DNA of 63,687 nucleotides, counting the filler, from Octopus bimaculoides (lineage: Eukaryota), in the NCBI RefSeq assembly GCF_001194135.2. It is 10 parts of 10 records of this genome, joined end to end, with 100 filler letters (N's around TTAATTAATTAA, not from the genome) between each part and the next. Parts side by side here need not be neighbours in the genome. Positions count along the whole stretch, not along the records: positions 12,571 to 29,690 come from NC_068990.1; positions 29,791 to 32,575 come from NC_069007.1; positions 32,676 to 35,202 come from NC_069005.1; positions 35,303 to 40,172 come from NC_068991.1; 6 more parts are not named here. The stretch is one strand, 5' to 3'. The notes beneath the pieces are model-generated. The model did no database searches. It worked only from the letters and a program-made list of their open reading frames with translations, and was not told where the DNA came from. This document shows, piece after piece, positions 25,209-38,242 of this stretch. Positions within the stretch are counted from its first letter, which is position 1; each line of letters starts with the position of its first letter. The position numbers and the translations under genes were made by a program.

Positions 25209-26135
25209 ATCATCATCATAGTGGCATAGGCCATGGTTATGGTCTCACTTGGCTTGCCAGGTCTTCTATAGCACAGCATATCTCCAAGGTTTCAGCCGCT
25301 TGTCATTGTCTCCATGAAGCCTAACGTTCGAAGGTCGTGCTTCACCACCTCATTCCTGGGTCTACTTCTTCCACAGGTTCCCTCCACTGTTAGGGTGTGA
25401 TACTTTTTCACACAGCTGACCTCATTCTTACGCAACACATGACCATACCAGTGCAGTCGTCTCTCTTGCACACCACATCTGATGCTTCTGACCCATTTTT
25501 CTCTCAAGGTGCTTATACTCTGTCATCTATGCACACTGATATTTCACATCCAGCCTCATTTCTTGCAGGCATATGCATGTCCTCACCAGTCACAACCCAT
25601 GTTTCACTGCTCTGTAGCATGGCTGTTCACACACATGCGCCATACAGCCTACCTTTCACTCTGAATGAGAGGCCCTTTGTTACCAGCAGAGGTAGGAGCT
25701 CTCTGAACTTTGCCCAGGCTATTCTTATTCTAGCAGCTACATTCTCAGCACATCCACCCTACTACTGACTTGATCACGTAAATAACGGAAGCTATCACCT
25801 ACTTTTAGTTTTTCGCCCTGACATGTGATGGAAGCTGTTTTCTGAACATTGTTTATTGCCCCTATTCATTTGCCACACACAAAAGCTTTCTACCCAGTTA
25901 GCCTTCCTTTGATATTACTGCACCTGGTATGTTTCCATAGCTTACACTTGGTACATTTAATGGGGTTTCTACCTACACGTTTTCTACAGATCGAGAGGAC
26001 CATCTACCTGAAGGGATTTGTGATTTGTCTGCCTTCCTACTTACTAAGACTTTAGTTTTTGCTAGATTGACTCTAAAGCCCTTCGATTCTATACCTTGCT
26101 TCCACACCTGAAACTTCTCTAGTTTTGATAGTGAC
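25209..26135 (-). mobile_element. RTE-clade LINE, 5'-truncated and decayed (end of RT, PHD-like finger, C-terminus)
   Basis: Minus-strand translation with frameshifts and stops: KFQVWKQGIESKGFRVNLAKTKVLVSRK...GRW.SICRKRVGRNPIKCTKCKLWKHTRCSNIKGRL...VAARIRIAWAKFRELLPLLVTKGLSFRVKGRLYGACV*TAMLQSSETW...VQERRLHWYGHVLRKNE. The RxxWYGHV and YGSETW-like motifs are characteristic of RTE. Confidence 0.85.
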
Positions 26136-26149
26136 TTTGTGTTAGTTTT

Positions 26150-26345
26150 TGTCCTGCACCACCATTTGACAATTGCTACTGGTGTGCTTATGTTCTGTAA
26201 CTTAGCAGTTCAGGAAAATAGACTGATAGAATAAGTACTAGGTTTTAAAATATAAGACCTGGGTTCAATTTGTTTGACTAAAACCCCTTCAAGGTGCTGC
26301 TCCATCATGGCCACTGTCAAATGACTGAAACAAGTAAAAGATATA
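26150..26345 (+). mobile_element. SINE family F1, tail (no CpG left)
   Basis: gtaacttagcagttcagg...gactgatagaataagtactagg...catggccactgtcaaatgactgaaacaagtaaaag. Confidence 0.8.
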
Positions 26346-26521
26346 TATAAAGAGAGTTAGATAGAGTGAGAAAGAGAGAGATAGAGAAATGATAGAGAAA
26401 TAGAGAGTTAGATAGACAGAGAGATAAACACATTGTAAATAATAGAAAATTAGATATACGTAGTGGTATTTATGCAGATAGTTAGGTTTAATTAAGCCTA
26501 ATAATTGTATGTGTTTGTTTC

Positions 26522-26557
<36 letters not shown>

Positions 26558-27031
26558 CGTGCATGTGTGTGCGTGTGTACATGCATGTGCATGCATGTGC
26601 ATATGTTTGTGTGATTGATTTTATATATATATATATATATATATNNNNNNNNNNNNNNNNNNNNNNNNNNNNNNNNNNNNNNNNNNNNNNNNNNNNNNNN
26701 NNNNNNNNNNNNNNNNNNNNNNNNNNNNNNNNNNNNNNNNNNNNNNNNNNNNNNNNNNNNNNNNNNNNNNNNNNNNNNNNNNNNNNNNNNNNNNNNNNNN
26801 NNNNNNNNNNNNNNNNNNNNNNNNNNNNNNNNNNNNNNNNNNNNNNNNNNNNNNNNNNNNNNNNNNNNNNNNNNNNNNNNNNNNNNNNNNNNNNNNNNNN
26901 NNNNNNNNNNNNNNNNNNNNNNNNNNNNNNNNNNNNNNNNNNNNNNNNNNNNNNNNNNNNNNNNNNNNNNNNNNNNNNNNNNNNNNNNNNNNNNNNNNNN
27001 NNNNNNNNNNNNNNNNNNNNNNNNNNNNNNN

Positions 27032-27094
<63 letters not shown>

Positions 27095-27579
27095 GGGAGA
27101 GAGAGAGAGAGAGAGAGAGATACACACACACATATATATGCATAAATATATGTGCTTGTATGTGTGAGTGCAAAAATATGTACTTGTATGCTACTTATAT
27201 GTATGATGGTATTAGAATTATTCAATTTTACTTTAGGAATTTTGTTAAATTTCCTTTAGTATAGCTTACTCTACATTGCCTCTTCTGACTAATGTGTCAG
27301 AAATACATGTTACACCAATACATACATATGCTACCTGCAATATACCAGTGTCAAATTCACACCAGATTTTCATAACTCCGGAGGCATTCCAATTTTTGGT
27401 TGTATGGTCATACAGTAATGATTTCTATTTAAATCCTGAGGTCAACAAAACTTTGAAACATTCAGAGACATTGAAATATGTACATACATACAGATACTTC
27501 AGTGTGTGTGGAGGGGTACATACGTGTATGTATATACAACTGTGTGTGTATGTGTGGATATATGTACATACTACATGTA

Positions 27580-27613
<34 letters not shown>

Positions 27614-28364
27614 NNNNNNNNNNNNNNNNNNNNNNNNNNNNNNNNNNNNNNNNNNNNNNNNNNNNNNNNNNNNNNNNNNNNNNNNNNNNNNNNNNNNNNN
27701 NNNNNNNNNNNNNNNNNNNNNNNNNNNNNNNNNNNNNNNNNNNNNNNNNNNNNNNNNNNNNNNNNNNNNNNNNNNNNNNNNNNNNNNNNNNNNNNNNNNN
27801 NNNNNNNNNNNNNNNNNNNNNNNNNNNNNNNNNNNNNNNNNNNNNNNNNNNNNNNNNNNNNNNNNNNNNNNNNNNNNNNNNNNNNNNNNNNNNNNNNNNN
27901 NNNNNNNNNNNNNNNNNNNNNNNNNNNNNNNNNNNNNNNNNNNNNNNNNNNNNNNNNNNNNNNNNNNNNNNNNNNNNNNNNNNNNNNNNNNNNNNNNNNN
28001 NNNNNNNNNNNNNNNNNNNNNNNNNNNNNNNNNNNNNNNNNNNNNNNNNNNNNNNNNNNNNNNNNNNNNNNNNNNNNNNNNNNNNNNNNNNNNNNNNNNN
28101 NNNNNNNNNNNNNNNNNNNNNNNNNNNNNNNNNNNNNNNNNNNNNNNNNNNNNNNNNNNNNNNNNNNNNNNNNNNNNNNNNNNNNNNNNNNNNNNNNNNN
28201 NNNNNNNNNNNNNNNNNNNNNNNNNNNNNNNNNNNNNNNNNNNNNNNNNNNNNNNNNNNNNNNNNNNNNNNNNNNNNNNNNNNNNNNNNNNNNNNNNNNN
28301 NNNNNNNNNNNNNNNNNNNNNNNNNNNNNNNNNNNNNNNNNNNNNNNNNNNNNNNNNNNNNNNN

Positions 28365-28423
<59 letters not shown>

Positions 28424-28919
28424 TAGATAAATAGGTAGATAGATATAGATAGATAGATATATATGGCAGATGAAAGATGGAAGATAGAATATATGAGAAT
28501 TCATTATTAATCATGACAATTGTATCGACACATCTGACATTGATTCCTCATAGTTGTACATATGTATGTACATATACGCACACATACGCACACACAGATG
28601 TATACATGCACGTATGTGCCCCTCCACACACGCACACACTGAAATATGTGTACGTATGTACATATTTCATGTCTTTTGTTTGCCATATACATAATAATCA
28701 CTGAGAAGGTGATCGTGCTTTACCAGTAAGCTACCATGTGTAAACCATTCATTTTATAATCCATTATGTATATATACGTATAGCCACCAGCTCCATTGCT
28801 CAAGAATTAAGGAATATCCATAATAGAAAATAATAGTTGTTACCATTTCCATTGTAAAAGGATTAGGAACATCATCTTTAAAAGATATGTATATATATAT
28901 ATATATGTTCTATGGGAAT

Positions 28920-29430
<511 letters not shown>

Positions 29431-30223
29431 TATATATTTATGGCCTAGATGTTAGGTTGTTCTACTTACAATCTTCGGATTGTGATTTTGATTCCATTGT
29501 GTTTTTGAACAAAACATTTCATTTCATGCTGCTCAACTCTACTTATCTTTAAGTGGATAACCCTGCAATGAACTGGCATTATTCAGAAGCTACAACAATG
29601 CAAGGAAGTGTATTGTGACAAGCAGTGTATAACAACATCCGAAAGCTTGGTTGATATAGTGATATAGTGATATAAGATCGGAAGAGCGTCNNNNNNNNNN
29701 NNNNNNNNNNNNNNNNNNNNNNNNNNNNNNNNNNTTAATTAATTAANNNNNNNNNNNNNNNNNNNNNNNNNNNNNNNNNNNNNNNNNNNNTTTACATTTC
29801 TCCGAGTGATGAAGAAAACAGGAAAGGTCAACAGCAAACAACAACTCCATCAAACTTATCTCCTCCCACCGCCACAATCTCAGCCATTCTTCTCCCTCCT
29901 TCTCTACTATACTCTCTCTCTCTCTCTCTCTCTCTCTCGCTCTCTCTCATATTTCTGCAATGCAGGAAGTGAATAAGGAAAAAAACACATCCACACACAC
30001 ATGTATGTATATACATATACATATATATATATATATAGATACACACTCACATACATACATGTATATACATATACATATATATAGATACACACACACACAA
30101 ACACACACATATCTATACACACCTACACAAAAATATACACACATACATACATATATATATATACATCCACACATACAAGCATATATAACCGTATATACAT
30201 ATAAGTGTGTGTGTGTTTGTGCA

Positions 30224-30262
<39 letters not shown>

Positions 30263-30272
30263 NNNNNNNNNN

Positions 30273-30315
<43 letters not shown>

Positions 30316-30636
30316 CATAGACACACATACACATACACACACACACACATAAATACATGCATGCAGAAAGAGAGTGAACAAGACAGACAGACAGAAAGTC
30401 AGAGAGAGACAGATATTAGATATGTAGATAGAAGGATACTTCTGAGAATAAAGAAGCACAAAAAAAAAACACAGGTAGACAGACAGGTAGACAGACGGAC
30501 AGGTAGACAGCTTGATACATGTACATACATACAAACATACCTACAAACATACATACACACAAGCAAACATAGATGCATGCATACATACAAACATACACAT
30601 TTACATACATACATGCATACACATATACATACATAA

Positions 30637-30686
<50 letters not shown>

Positions 30687-31249
30687 GCTCACACACAGAG
30701 CCAGGAATATAGATAGTTTAGCAAAGGATAAAAGCATGTACCTTGAAACGTGTGTGTGTGTGTGTGCATGTGTGTGTGTGTGTGTACATGAGCGTGTGTG
30801 TGTGTGAAAAGATTGATGGGTGGCTAGAAAGAGAGGTAGAACAGATTGGTAGAGAAGGTAGCTAGATCAATAGATAGGTGCAGAGAGAAATAATGAGCTT
30901 CTAAGATAGACACCAGATAACTTGGGAAACTTGTCACCAAATTAAATAAGGAAACAAAACAAAAAAAAAAAGAAAAACAAAATGGAGAGAAGCAGAAATT
31001 TCCTCAGCATTTGGTGACATCGAATTTCTTGGGTCCCTTTTCGTTTCTTTTTATTGATTATTTTTCATTCATCTTTTTTTTTGTTAGACTATTGTTCTTG
31101 TTCTTGTTGTTGGTGTTTTTTTTGTTGAGATCACGAATCCGATGTTATTCAGATTTACAGCCAAGTCGCAGAGATGTGTGTGTGAGTATTATACATACAT
31201 AAATATACGTATATATATATATATACACACGCAGACATATATATGTATG

Positions 31250-31297
<48 letters not shown>

Positions 31298-31406
31298 TAC
31301 ATATATATGTTATATCTATATATATATATATACATATATACATATATATGTTATATCTATATATAGATTTGTATATGTGTATCAACATGCATATCTATAT
31401 ACATGA

Positions 31407-31476
<70 letters not shown>

Positions 31477-32129
31477 NNNNNNNNNNNNNNNNNNNNNNNN
31501 NNNNNNNNNNNNNNNNNNNNNNNNNNNNNNNNNNNNNNNNNNNNNNNNNNNNNNNNNNNNNNNNNNNNNNNNNNNNNNNNNNNNNNNNNNNNNNNNNNNN
31601 NNNNNNNNNNNNNNNNNNNNNNNNNNNNNNNNNNNNNNNNNNNNNNNNNNNNNNNNNNNNNNNNNNNNNNNNNNNNNNNNNNNNNNNNNNNNNNNNNNNN
31701 NNNNNNNNNNNNNNNNNNNNNNNNNNNNNNNNNNNNNNNNNNNNNNNNNNNNNNNNNNNNNNNNNNNNNNNNNNNNNNNNNNNNNNNNNNNNNNNNNNNN
31801 NNNNNNNNNNNNNNNNNNNNNNNNNNNNNNNNNNNNNNNNNNNNNNNNNNNNNNNNNNNNNNNNNNNNNNNNNNNNNNNNNNNNNNNNNNNNNNNNNNNN
31901 NNNNNNNNNNNNNNNNNNNNNNNNNNNNNNNNNNNNNNNNNNNNNNNNNNNNNNNNNNNNNNNNNNNNNNNNNNNNNNNNNNNNNNNNNNNNNNNNNNNN
32001 NNNNNNNNNNNNNNNNNNNNNNNNNNNNNNNNNNNNNNNNNNNNNNNNNNNNNNNNNNNNNNNNNNNNNNNNNNNNNNNNNNNNNNNNNNNNNNNNNNNN
32101 NNNNNNNNNNACATACACATATATATGTT

Positions 32130-32173
<44 letters not shown>

Positions 32174-32467
32174 GATACCCACGATGAAGAGGGCTTTGGT
32201 ATATGTGTAAAAACCATTTGAACGTGGATTTTTTTGTTTCATCACCACCACCACCACTACCACCACCAACACCAACACCACCACCACCACCGCCGCCACT
32301 ACCGTTGCCACTGCTACCACAGGTGTCGCCAACTGATATGACAACACTCACCTCCGCCCCTATCATCAACCCCCTCCATCCTAAGAGATATACATGCATG
32401 TGCATACATGCAAGAGTATATATACATTCACATGTGTGTGTGCGTGTGTGCACATGTGTTTATGTGC

Positions 32468-32512
<45 letters not shown>

Positions 32513-32674
32513 TACATACATATATGTGTATGCATAAATTCATGTATATACATGCATATATATATATATATATATNNNNNNNNNNNNNNNNNNNNNNNNN
32601 NNNNNNNNNNNNNNNNNNNTTAATTAATTAANNNNNNNNNNNNNNNNNNNNNNNNNNNNNNNNNNNNNNNNNNN

Positions 32675-32911
32675 NACGCAGAGGAAGGAAGAAAGTGCGA
32701 AAGAAACTGAAGCAGAAAGTAAACGCAGATCCATAGGCTGTGGTGGACTCAGAAAGCGCAATTGTCTGTCGTAAGCGGCGGCGAGGTCTTTCGTGTCGAT
32801 GACGATGGTGATAGTGGTGCTAGAGTCTGTGGTGGTGGTGGTGGTGGTGGTGAGCGTGCAGGTGATTGATGATGATGATGATGATGATGTTGATGGTATA
32901 AGACATTTCAT
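32675..32911 (-). CDS. Candidate coding exon or N-terminus of an unidentified protein, truncated by a gap
   Basis: CpG-rich unique sequence; minus-strand open frame MKCLIPSTSSSSSSSITCTLTTTTTTTTDSSTTITIVIDTKDLAAAYDRQLRFLSPPQPMDLRLLSASVSFALSSFLCV running into N. No family recognised; strand uncertain (plus-strand frames give TQRKEESAKETEAESKRRSIGCGGLRKRNCLS* or RRGRKKVRKKLKQKVNADP*). Confidence 0.25.
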
Positions 32912-33164
32912 TATGTTGAGAGTGAAGGTAATGATGATGATGCCGACGATGATGATGATGCTGACGATGATGATGATGGTGATGATGTTGATAATGATCA
33001 CGGCGAAGATGAAGATGATGGTGGTAATGATGATGAAGATCGTGACGAAGATCATGATCTTCATCATGATTATATGATGATGAAGATGATGATGATCATC
33101 ATCATTATCATTATCATCATCACCATCATCCTCACCATCCTCCTCCTCCTCCTCCTCCTCCTCC

Positions 33165-33198
<34 letters not shown>

Positions 33199-33206
33199 CA
33201 TCATCC

Positions 33207-33245
<39 letters not shown>

Positions 33246-33730
33246 CCATCATCATCACCATTATCATCGTTGAAGCAGTCGTCTTTCCATTATCACTACC
33301 ACCTCGGCGAAATCTTTCTCAAATCGCTCCTTCCCGTTCTTATTATGCAAAACGTATCAGCTATTTGATGATTGTTTATTACCTCTTAAAAGACAAGATG
33401 GTCACGGATGGAATGCTTATCATCATAGCTTTGTCGGGGTTGACCTGAGGCTAAGCACTGTCACAATAACAACATCAATACCATCATCGTCACGGCAATT
33501 ACAAGCACCATCTATAATCCTCCTCCTCTATAATCCTCCACCTCCTCCTCATCATCATCAGCTTCATCATCATCGACGTCATTATCGTCATCGTCATCGT
33601 TGTTATCATCCTCATCGCCTTTACCTTCATCATCACTATCGTCATTATCTTCCTCATCACCAGTATTATCTTCATTATTCTCATCTTCTTCATCATCATC
33701 CTCATCATCATCAACAATATCATCTAATTA
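32860..33730. repeat. Degenerate trinucleotide field, (GAT)n switching to (CAT)n/(CCT)n
   Basis: GAT-rich 32860-33090, CAT-rich 33090-33270 and 33540-33725. Confidence 0.9.
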
Positions 33731-34794
33731 AAAAAAAACATTTACGAACGACACATCGTGTTTAATAAATGTATCATAAACTTAATGTAGTTAATACACG
33801 GTTATCAAACCTTTCCCTTCGAAACTTTAGACAGACCAGGATACGCGTTGGCCGAGAGATTAAATAATGAATTCATATATATGTACAATACAGCGTGAGG
33901 TAGAAAACCTATGATAGATTTAAGGTAGTTTAAAAGCCGTTTTTAAACATGTTTTAATACCAAAGTCAAAAAGCTTTCCACCTCATTCTTCTAATGAAAG
34001 TTTCTGTTTTCTAAAAGGAAACCTTGACGTACGGCTTCTTGGAAAAAACATAGATATCTCTAAAGCAAAACTGTATAAATTTATGTTTGATACGTCTGGG
34101 TACAACCAAATGTGGACAAACCTTCGCTGCAAATTCTATAGTGATAAAACTTGGAAAGATCTTTGCGGTAAATGTCTCGGAGGAGAAACACTACTTATAG
34201 AAAATAAGGAGATTTCTCTTCTGAAACAGTTACCACAGCGATGGTCTTTACACTTTTTAGTATACATGAACGCGTCAAATATAAATGTACACAACTTTAT
34301 TCAATTATCATTGCTTAATTTACTTAGTCAAGAAATATATTTTGTTGAGATAACTAATGACTATCGTTCCATTGTCAGTAAAGTCCACCTATTATAGTAG
34401 ATAACTTAACACAAGGTGCTCAATGACATTCCAATTGCAAATGTCAGATGAGGGTTGTTGCGGTTTCTTTGCCCAGCATTTCTATTCTAAATATTCTATT
34501 CTATTTACAGGTATCTACTAGTTGGAAATGTAACCTTAATTCTTTACACCGAGTACTTACTTGATACACAAAAATAACAAATTGAAACAATTTAATTATT
34601 TTAGTATCTTGTACTGATGATATTTTGCTAAAAAATAATGTTTTATCCTTTATGTCATCTATATAGTCATCTGCGTCCGAGGAGAACAGTTTATTTCAAA
34701 TTCATGTAATGCTTTCAATGATCAATGAAATGGAGCCGCTTGAAACAGCCGTAATGCACTGATACTTGGACTTCCTTTGTCACTTATTTGCTTT

Positions 34795-35178
34795 TTCTTT
34801 TCTACTCTAGGCACAAAGCCTGACATTTTTGGAGAGGGTGCCAGCCGATTAGATCGACCCCAGTACGCAACTGGTACTTAGTTTATCGACCCCGAAAGGA
34901 TGAAGACAAAGTCGACCTCGGCGGAATTTGAACTCAGAACGTAAAGACAGACGAAATACCTATTTCTTTACTGCCCACAAGGGGCTACACACAGAGGGGA
35001 CAAACAAGGACAGACAAACGGATTAAGTCGATTATATCGACCCCAGTACGTAACTGGTACTTAATTTATCGACCCCGAAAGGATGAAAGGCAAAGTCGAC
35101 TGCGGCGGAATTTGAACTCAGAACGCAGTGGCAGACGAAATACCGCTAAGCATTTCGCCCGGCGTGCTAACGTTTCTG
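34795..35178 (-). mobile_element. Chimeric F2 SINE dimer (tail B copy plus tail A copy) within one 14-bp TSD
   Basis: cacttatttgcttt at 34781-34794 and 35179-35192; two 5'-truncated F2 units lie between them (34795-34960, 34960-35178). Confidence 0.8.
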
Positions 35179-35372
35179 CACTTATTTGCTTTATATTCAC
35201 CTNNNNNNNNNNNNNNNNNNNNNNNNNNNNNNNNNNNNNNNNNNNNTTAATTAATTAANNNNNNNNNNNNNNNNNNNNNNNNNNNNNNNNNNNNNNNNNN
35301 NNTTTTTTTTCCTTATGAGGTTTTTTCACGCTGACTACTTGATAAATTCTTATAAAGATTTTATCCTTATAT

Positions 35373-35410
<38 letters not shown>

Positions 35411-35879
35411 GCGATGGGCTTCTATTCAGTCCCTGTCGACCAATTTCACTCCTAAGGTCTTGCTTACCTTACCTCCACCCCGAAGCCTTCGCAAAATGCT
35501 ATGTTATTGAATCTTAACTAACCAATGTCGAACGTTTTACATTTTCTGTTTGAACTCCGTGTTTTAAGCTCATCAACGCTAAACAGACAAGAACAAAAAC
35601 TGTTTACCTACAGAAAACTCAATTGTGATCTCAAACGTTAAACTTGCAACTATTATGTCTCACTCCTCTTAACTCTTACCTTCACTCTCTCTCTCTTTCT
35701 CTTCGTCTCTCTCTCGCTCTTTTTCTCCCTCTTTCTCTCTCTTTATGTTTCCCCTTTCTATCTATCTGTATCTATCTGTCTATCTCTCCCTTTACCTGTT
35801 AATATTTTCTTCGTCTCTACTTTCTCTTTCTTATCGACTTCTGCATTTAGTTCACACTATCCATAGAGCGTCTCTGCCT

Positions 35880-35985
35880 CTTCTTCTTCTTCTTCTTCTT
35901 CTTCTTCTTCTTCTTCTTCTTCTTCTTCTTCTTCTTCTTCTTCTTCTTCTTCTTCTTCTTCTTCTTCTTCTTCTTCTTCTTCTTC

Positions 35986-36018
<33 letters not shown>

Positions 36019-36044
36019 GCAAGCAAGCAGACAGACAGGCAGGC

Positions 36045-36088
<44 letters not shown>
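35880..36088. repeat. (CTT)~35 followed by (GACA)n/(GGCA)n/(GATA)n
   Basis: Pure ttc run 35880-35985, then a tetranucleotide series. Confidence 0.95.
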
Positions 36089-36089
<1 letters not shown>

Positions 36090-36804
36090 TTTCTATGACA
36101 TTCCTTATTTTTTTCTTCATTTCACTCTTTCTTTCTTTATCCTCCTTTCTACTTTTGAGATATTTCTCTTCACTTCTTTATTGCACGGCCATAAACGACA
36201 TCATATTCGAGTTATTGTTAAAGAGAAGGATTGTTAAACAAGAAGGATTCCAACAGAGAACAAATAGATTTATTTGGGGATAGGCTTTATTTCCAGATTT
36301 CTAACAAAAGCCTCCACCAGTTTCCTTTTAACAAACAGTAGTTATACACGCACTTTTCTATAGCACTGTAGCCTATGTCTGAATGAGAATAGTGTACGTT
36401 TGTTTTAGGATGCAATAAGGAAAACTTTTTAGTGTGCAACGATTGGACACAAGGACACAATTATTGTTAAACTTTACTAATCGTTGATCAGTTTTCTGTG
36501 TGGATGACTGGAAATCGGAACCGGTTTTGAGCCTATTAGATAGATTTGTTGAAATTGGACCCTGCACCAAGAGAGGGCCTCGCCTACACGCTCGAGCAGA
36601 GGACGGACGCTATGATGAATTTTTTGTATATCACTGTGGTTAATAATGGAGCCTCAAGCCCTCCATACTGGGACTGGCGCACAACACGAAGCATAAAACA
36701 TTAATCTTCAGTAGAGATCCCCACTGACAATTCTCTAATTGGACTTCCCACTTCCTAACGCCGGTCCTGCTGCAAACTTTATTTGTTGGGTGATAAAATA
36801 TAAA

Positions 36805-37100
36805 CTGGGACTTCGTCGGTTACGGCGGCGAGAGTTCCAGTTGATCCGTTCAACGGAACAGCCTCGTGAAATTAACGTGCAAGTGGCTAAGCCCACCACA
36901 TACACACGTACCCTTAAGCGTAGTTCTCAGGGAGATTCAGCATGACACAAAATGTGGCAAGGCTGACCCTTCGAAATACAGTTACAACTCAGCTTTGCAA
37001 GCTAAGTGGACTTGCTCAAGAACACAACACGCCGCTAGGAATCGAACTTACGACCCTATGATCGTGGACCAAATGCCCTAATCACTAAGCCACGTGCTTT
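36805..37100 (-). mobile_element. SINE family F3, diverged, internally deleted
   Basis: cgtcggttacggcggcgagagttccagttgatcc...aattaacgtgcaagtggct...ggaatcgaacttacgacc...taatcactaagccacg. Confidence 0.75.
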
Positions 37101-37689
37101 CGCTAAAGAAAAATATAAACAGAACTGTTAACTACTGCAACATGGGGGCAGTAGTTAACTGCGTTGAGCTGTAAACTGCATTGAGCTCTGGCTGTGAACT
37201 GAGCTGACATAATAGGCTGATTGATCAAACACTGCAAAGTTGATCAGATGTGAGATGAGCTTCCTATTATTTTGGTTGATCAGAAGCTAGAGAAACACTG
37301 TGTGCGTAGGAGGTTATCTGAACACTAACATTATGGGAAGATTTGAAGATTAGTGAAAGCTCTTCGTTAGTTTCAACTTGAACAGTTCAAGCGTCAGACC
37401 AGACGACTCTTTAAATTTTAAAATGAAAAAGAAACTTTAAACAAGAGAGAGACATACATACATACAGACAGAAACAGAGAGAGAGAAAGAGACAGAGAGA
37501 GATGTAACAAATAAAGCTTCCGAAGTGAAGCCAGCTTAAGAATGCAGTGCACCCACAACAAAATAAAAGAGTTATTTATATAAACTGGTATCGACTTCCT
37601 GTCTCCAAAACGCAATCCACTAATTAATGGATTCAAAAATATTTATAAATTTTAATGTGTGTGTATGTGTATACATGTACACGCATACA

Positions 37690-37722
<33 letters not shown>

Positions 37723-38084
37723 TTGTATATACATACATTTATATATGTATTACATTATATATATGCATAACATGCATGTTATGTGTATGGTACGGTGTGT
37801 ATACACATATACGCACACAGTGCATTTTAATATGTGGTTTGTTGACACGGCTTACATCCTGCACTGGCAATGTGTTTTTCATATTCCGGCAGAACGAAAT
37901 CTGCTTTCATTCCTACGAGGCTTAACTACAGTTGAAAGAATGTCACAAGGGAATTAGTAAATGTTATTGCCAGGATTATGACACAGTAAAGTAAAACAAA
38001 ACCCAGTCTTCGGTAAGGCAAATAACAATCTTTAAAATACTGAAACATATTTCTAGTTTGTAATGCATACACATATGTTCACAC

Positions 38085-38095
38085 ACGCACACACG

Positions 38096-38134
<39 letters not shown>

Positions 38135-38191
38135 ACGCGCACGCGCACACATATCCACATGCACGCGCGCATACCCACATACACGCATTCG

Positions 38192-38235
<44 letters not shown>
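38085..38235. repeat. Alternating purine-pyrimidine (CA/CG) tract
   Basis: cacacgcacacacgcacgcgcgcacacac...gtgcacgcgcacgcgcacac. Confidence 0.9.

Positions 38236-38242
<7 letters not shown>

Noticed and set aside
32222-32390. Pro-rich and Gly-rich ORFs (also 41850-42000, 58920-59200)
   Set aside because: Degenerate (CCA)n/(GGT)n/(CAG)n simple repeats without splice signals or unique coding context.
33070-33723. Poly-Met, poly-Ile and poly-Asp ORFs
   Set aside because: Translations of the (GAT/CAT)n field.
34083-34397. 104-aa ORF MFDTSGYNQ... (also 6799-7089, 39401-39739, 45776-45997)
   Set aside because: No recognisable domain, AT-rich non-coding composition; lengths expected by chance.
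35745-36120. Poly-Leu and poly-Glu ORFs
   Set aside because: Translation of the (CTT)n microsatellite.
37127-37159. 12-bp perfect hairpin gttaactactgc/gcagtagttaac as a Helitron 3' end or terminator
   Set aside because: No CTRR terminus at the expected distance and no other support.
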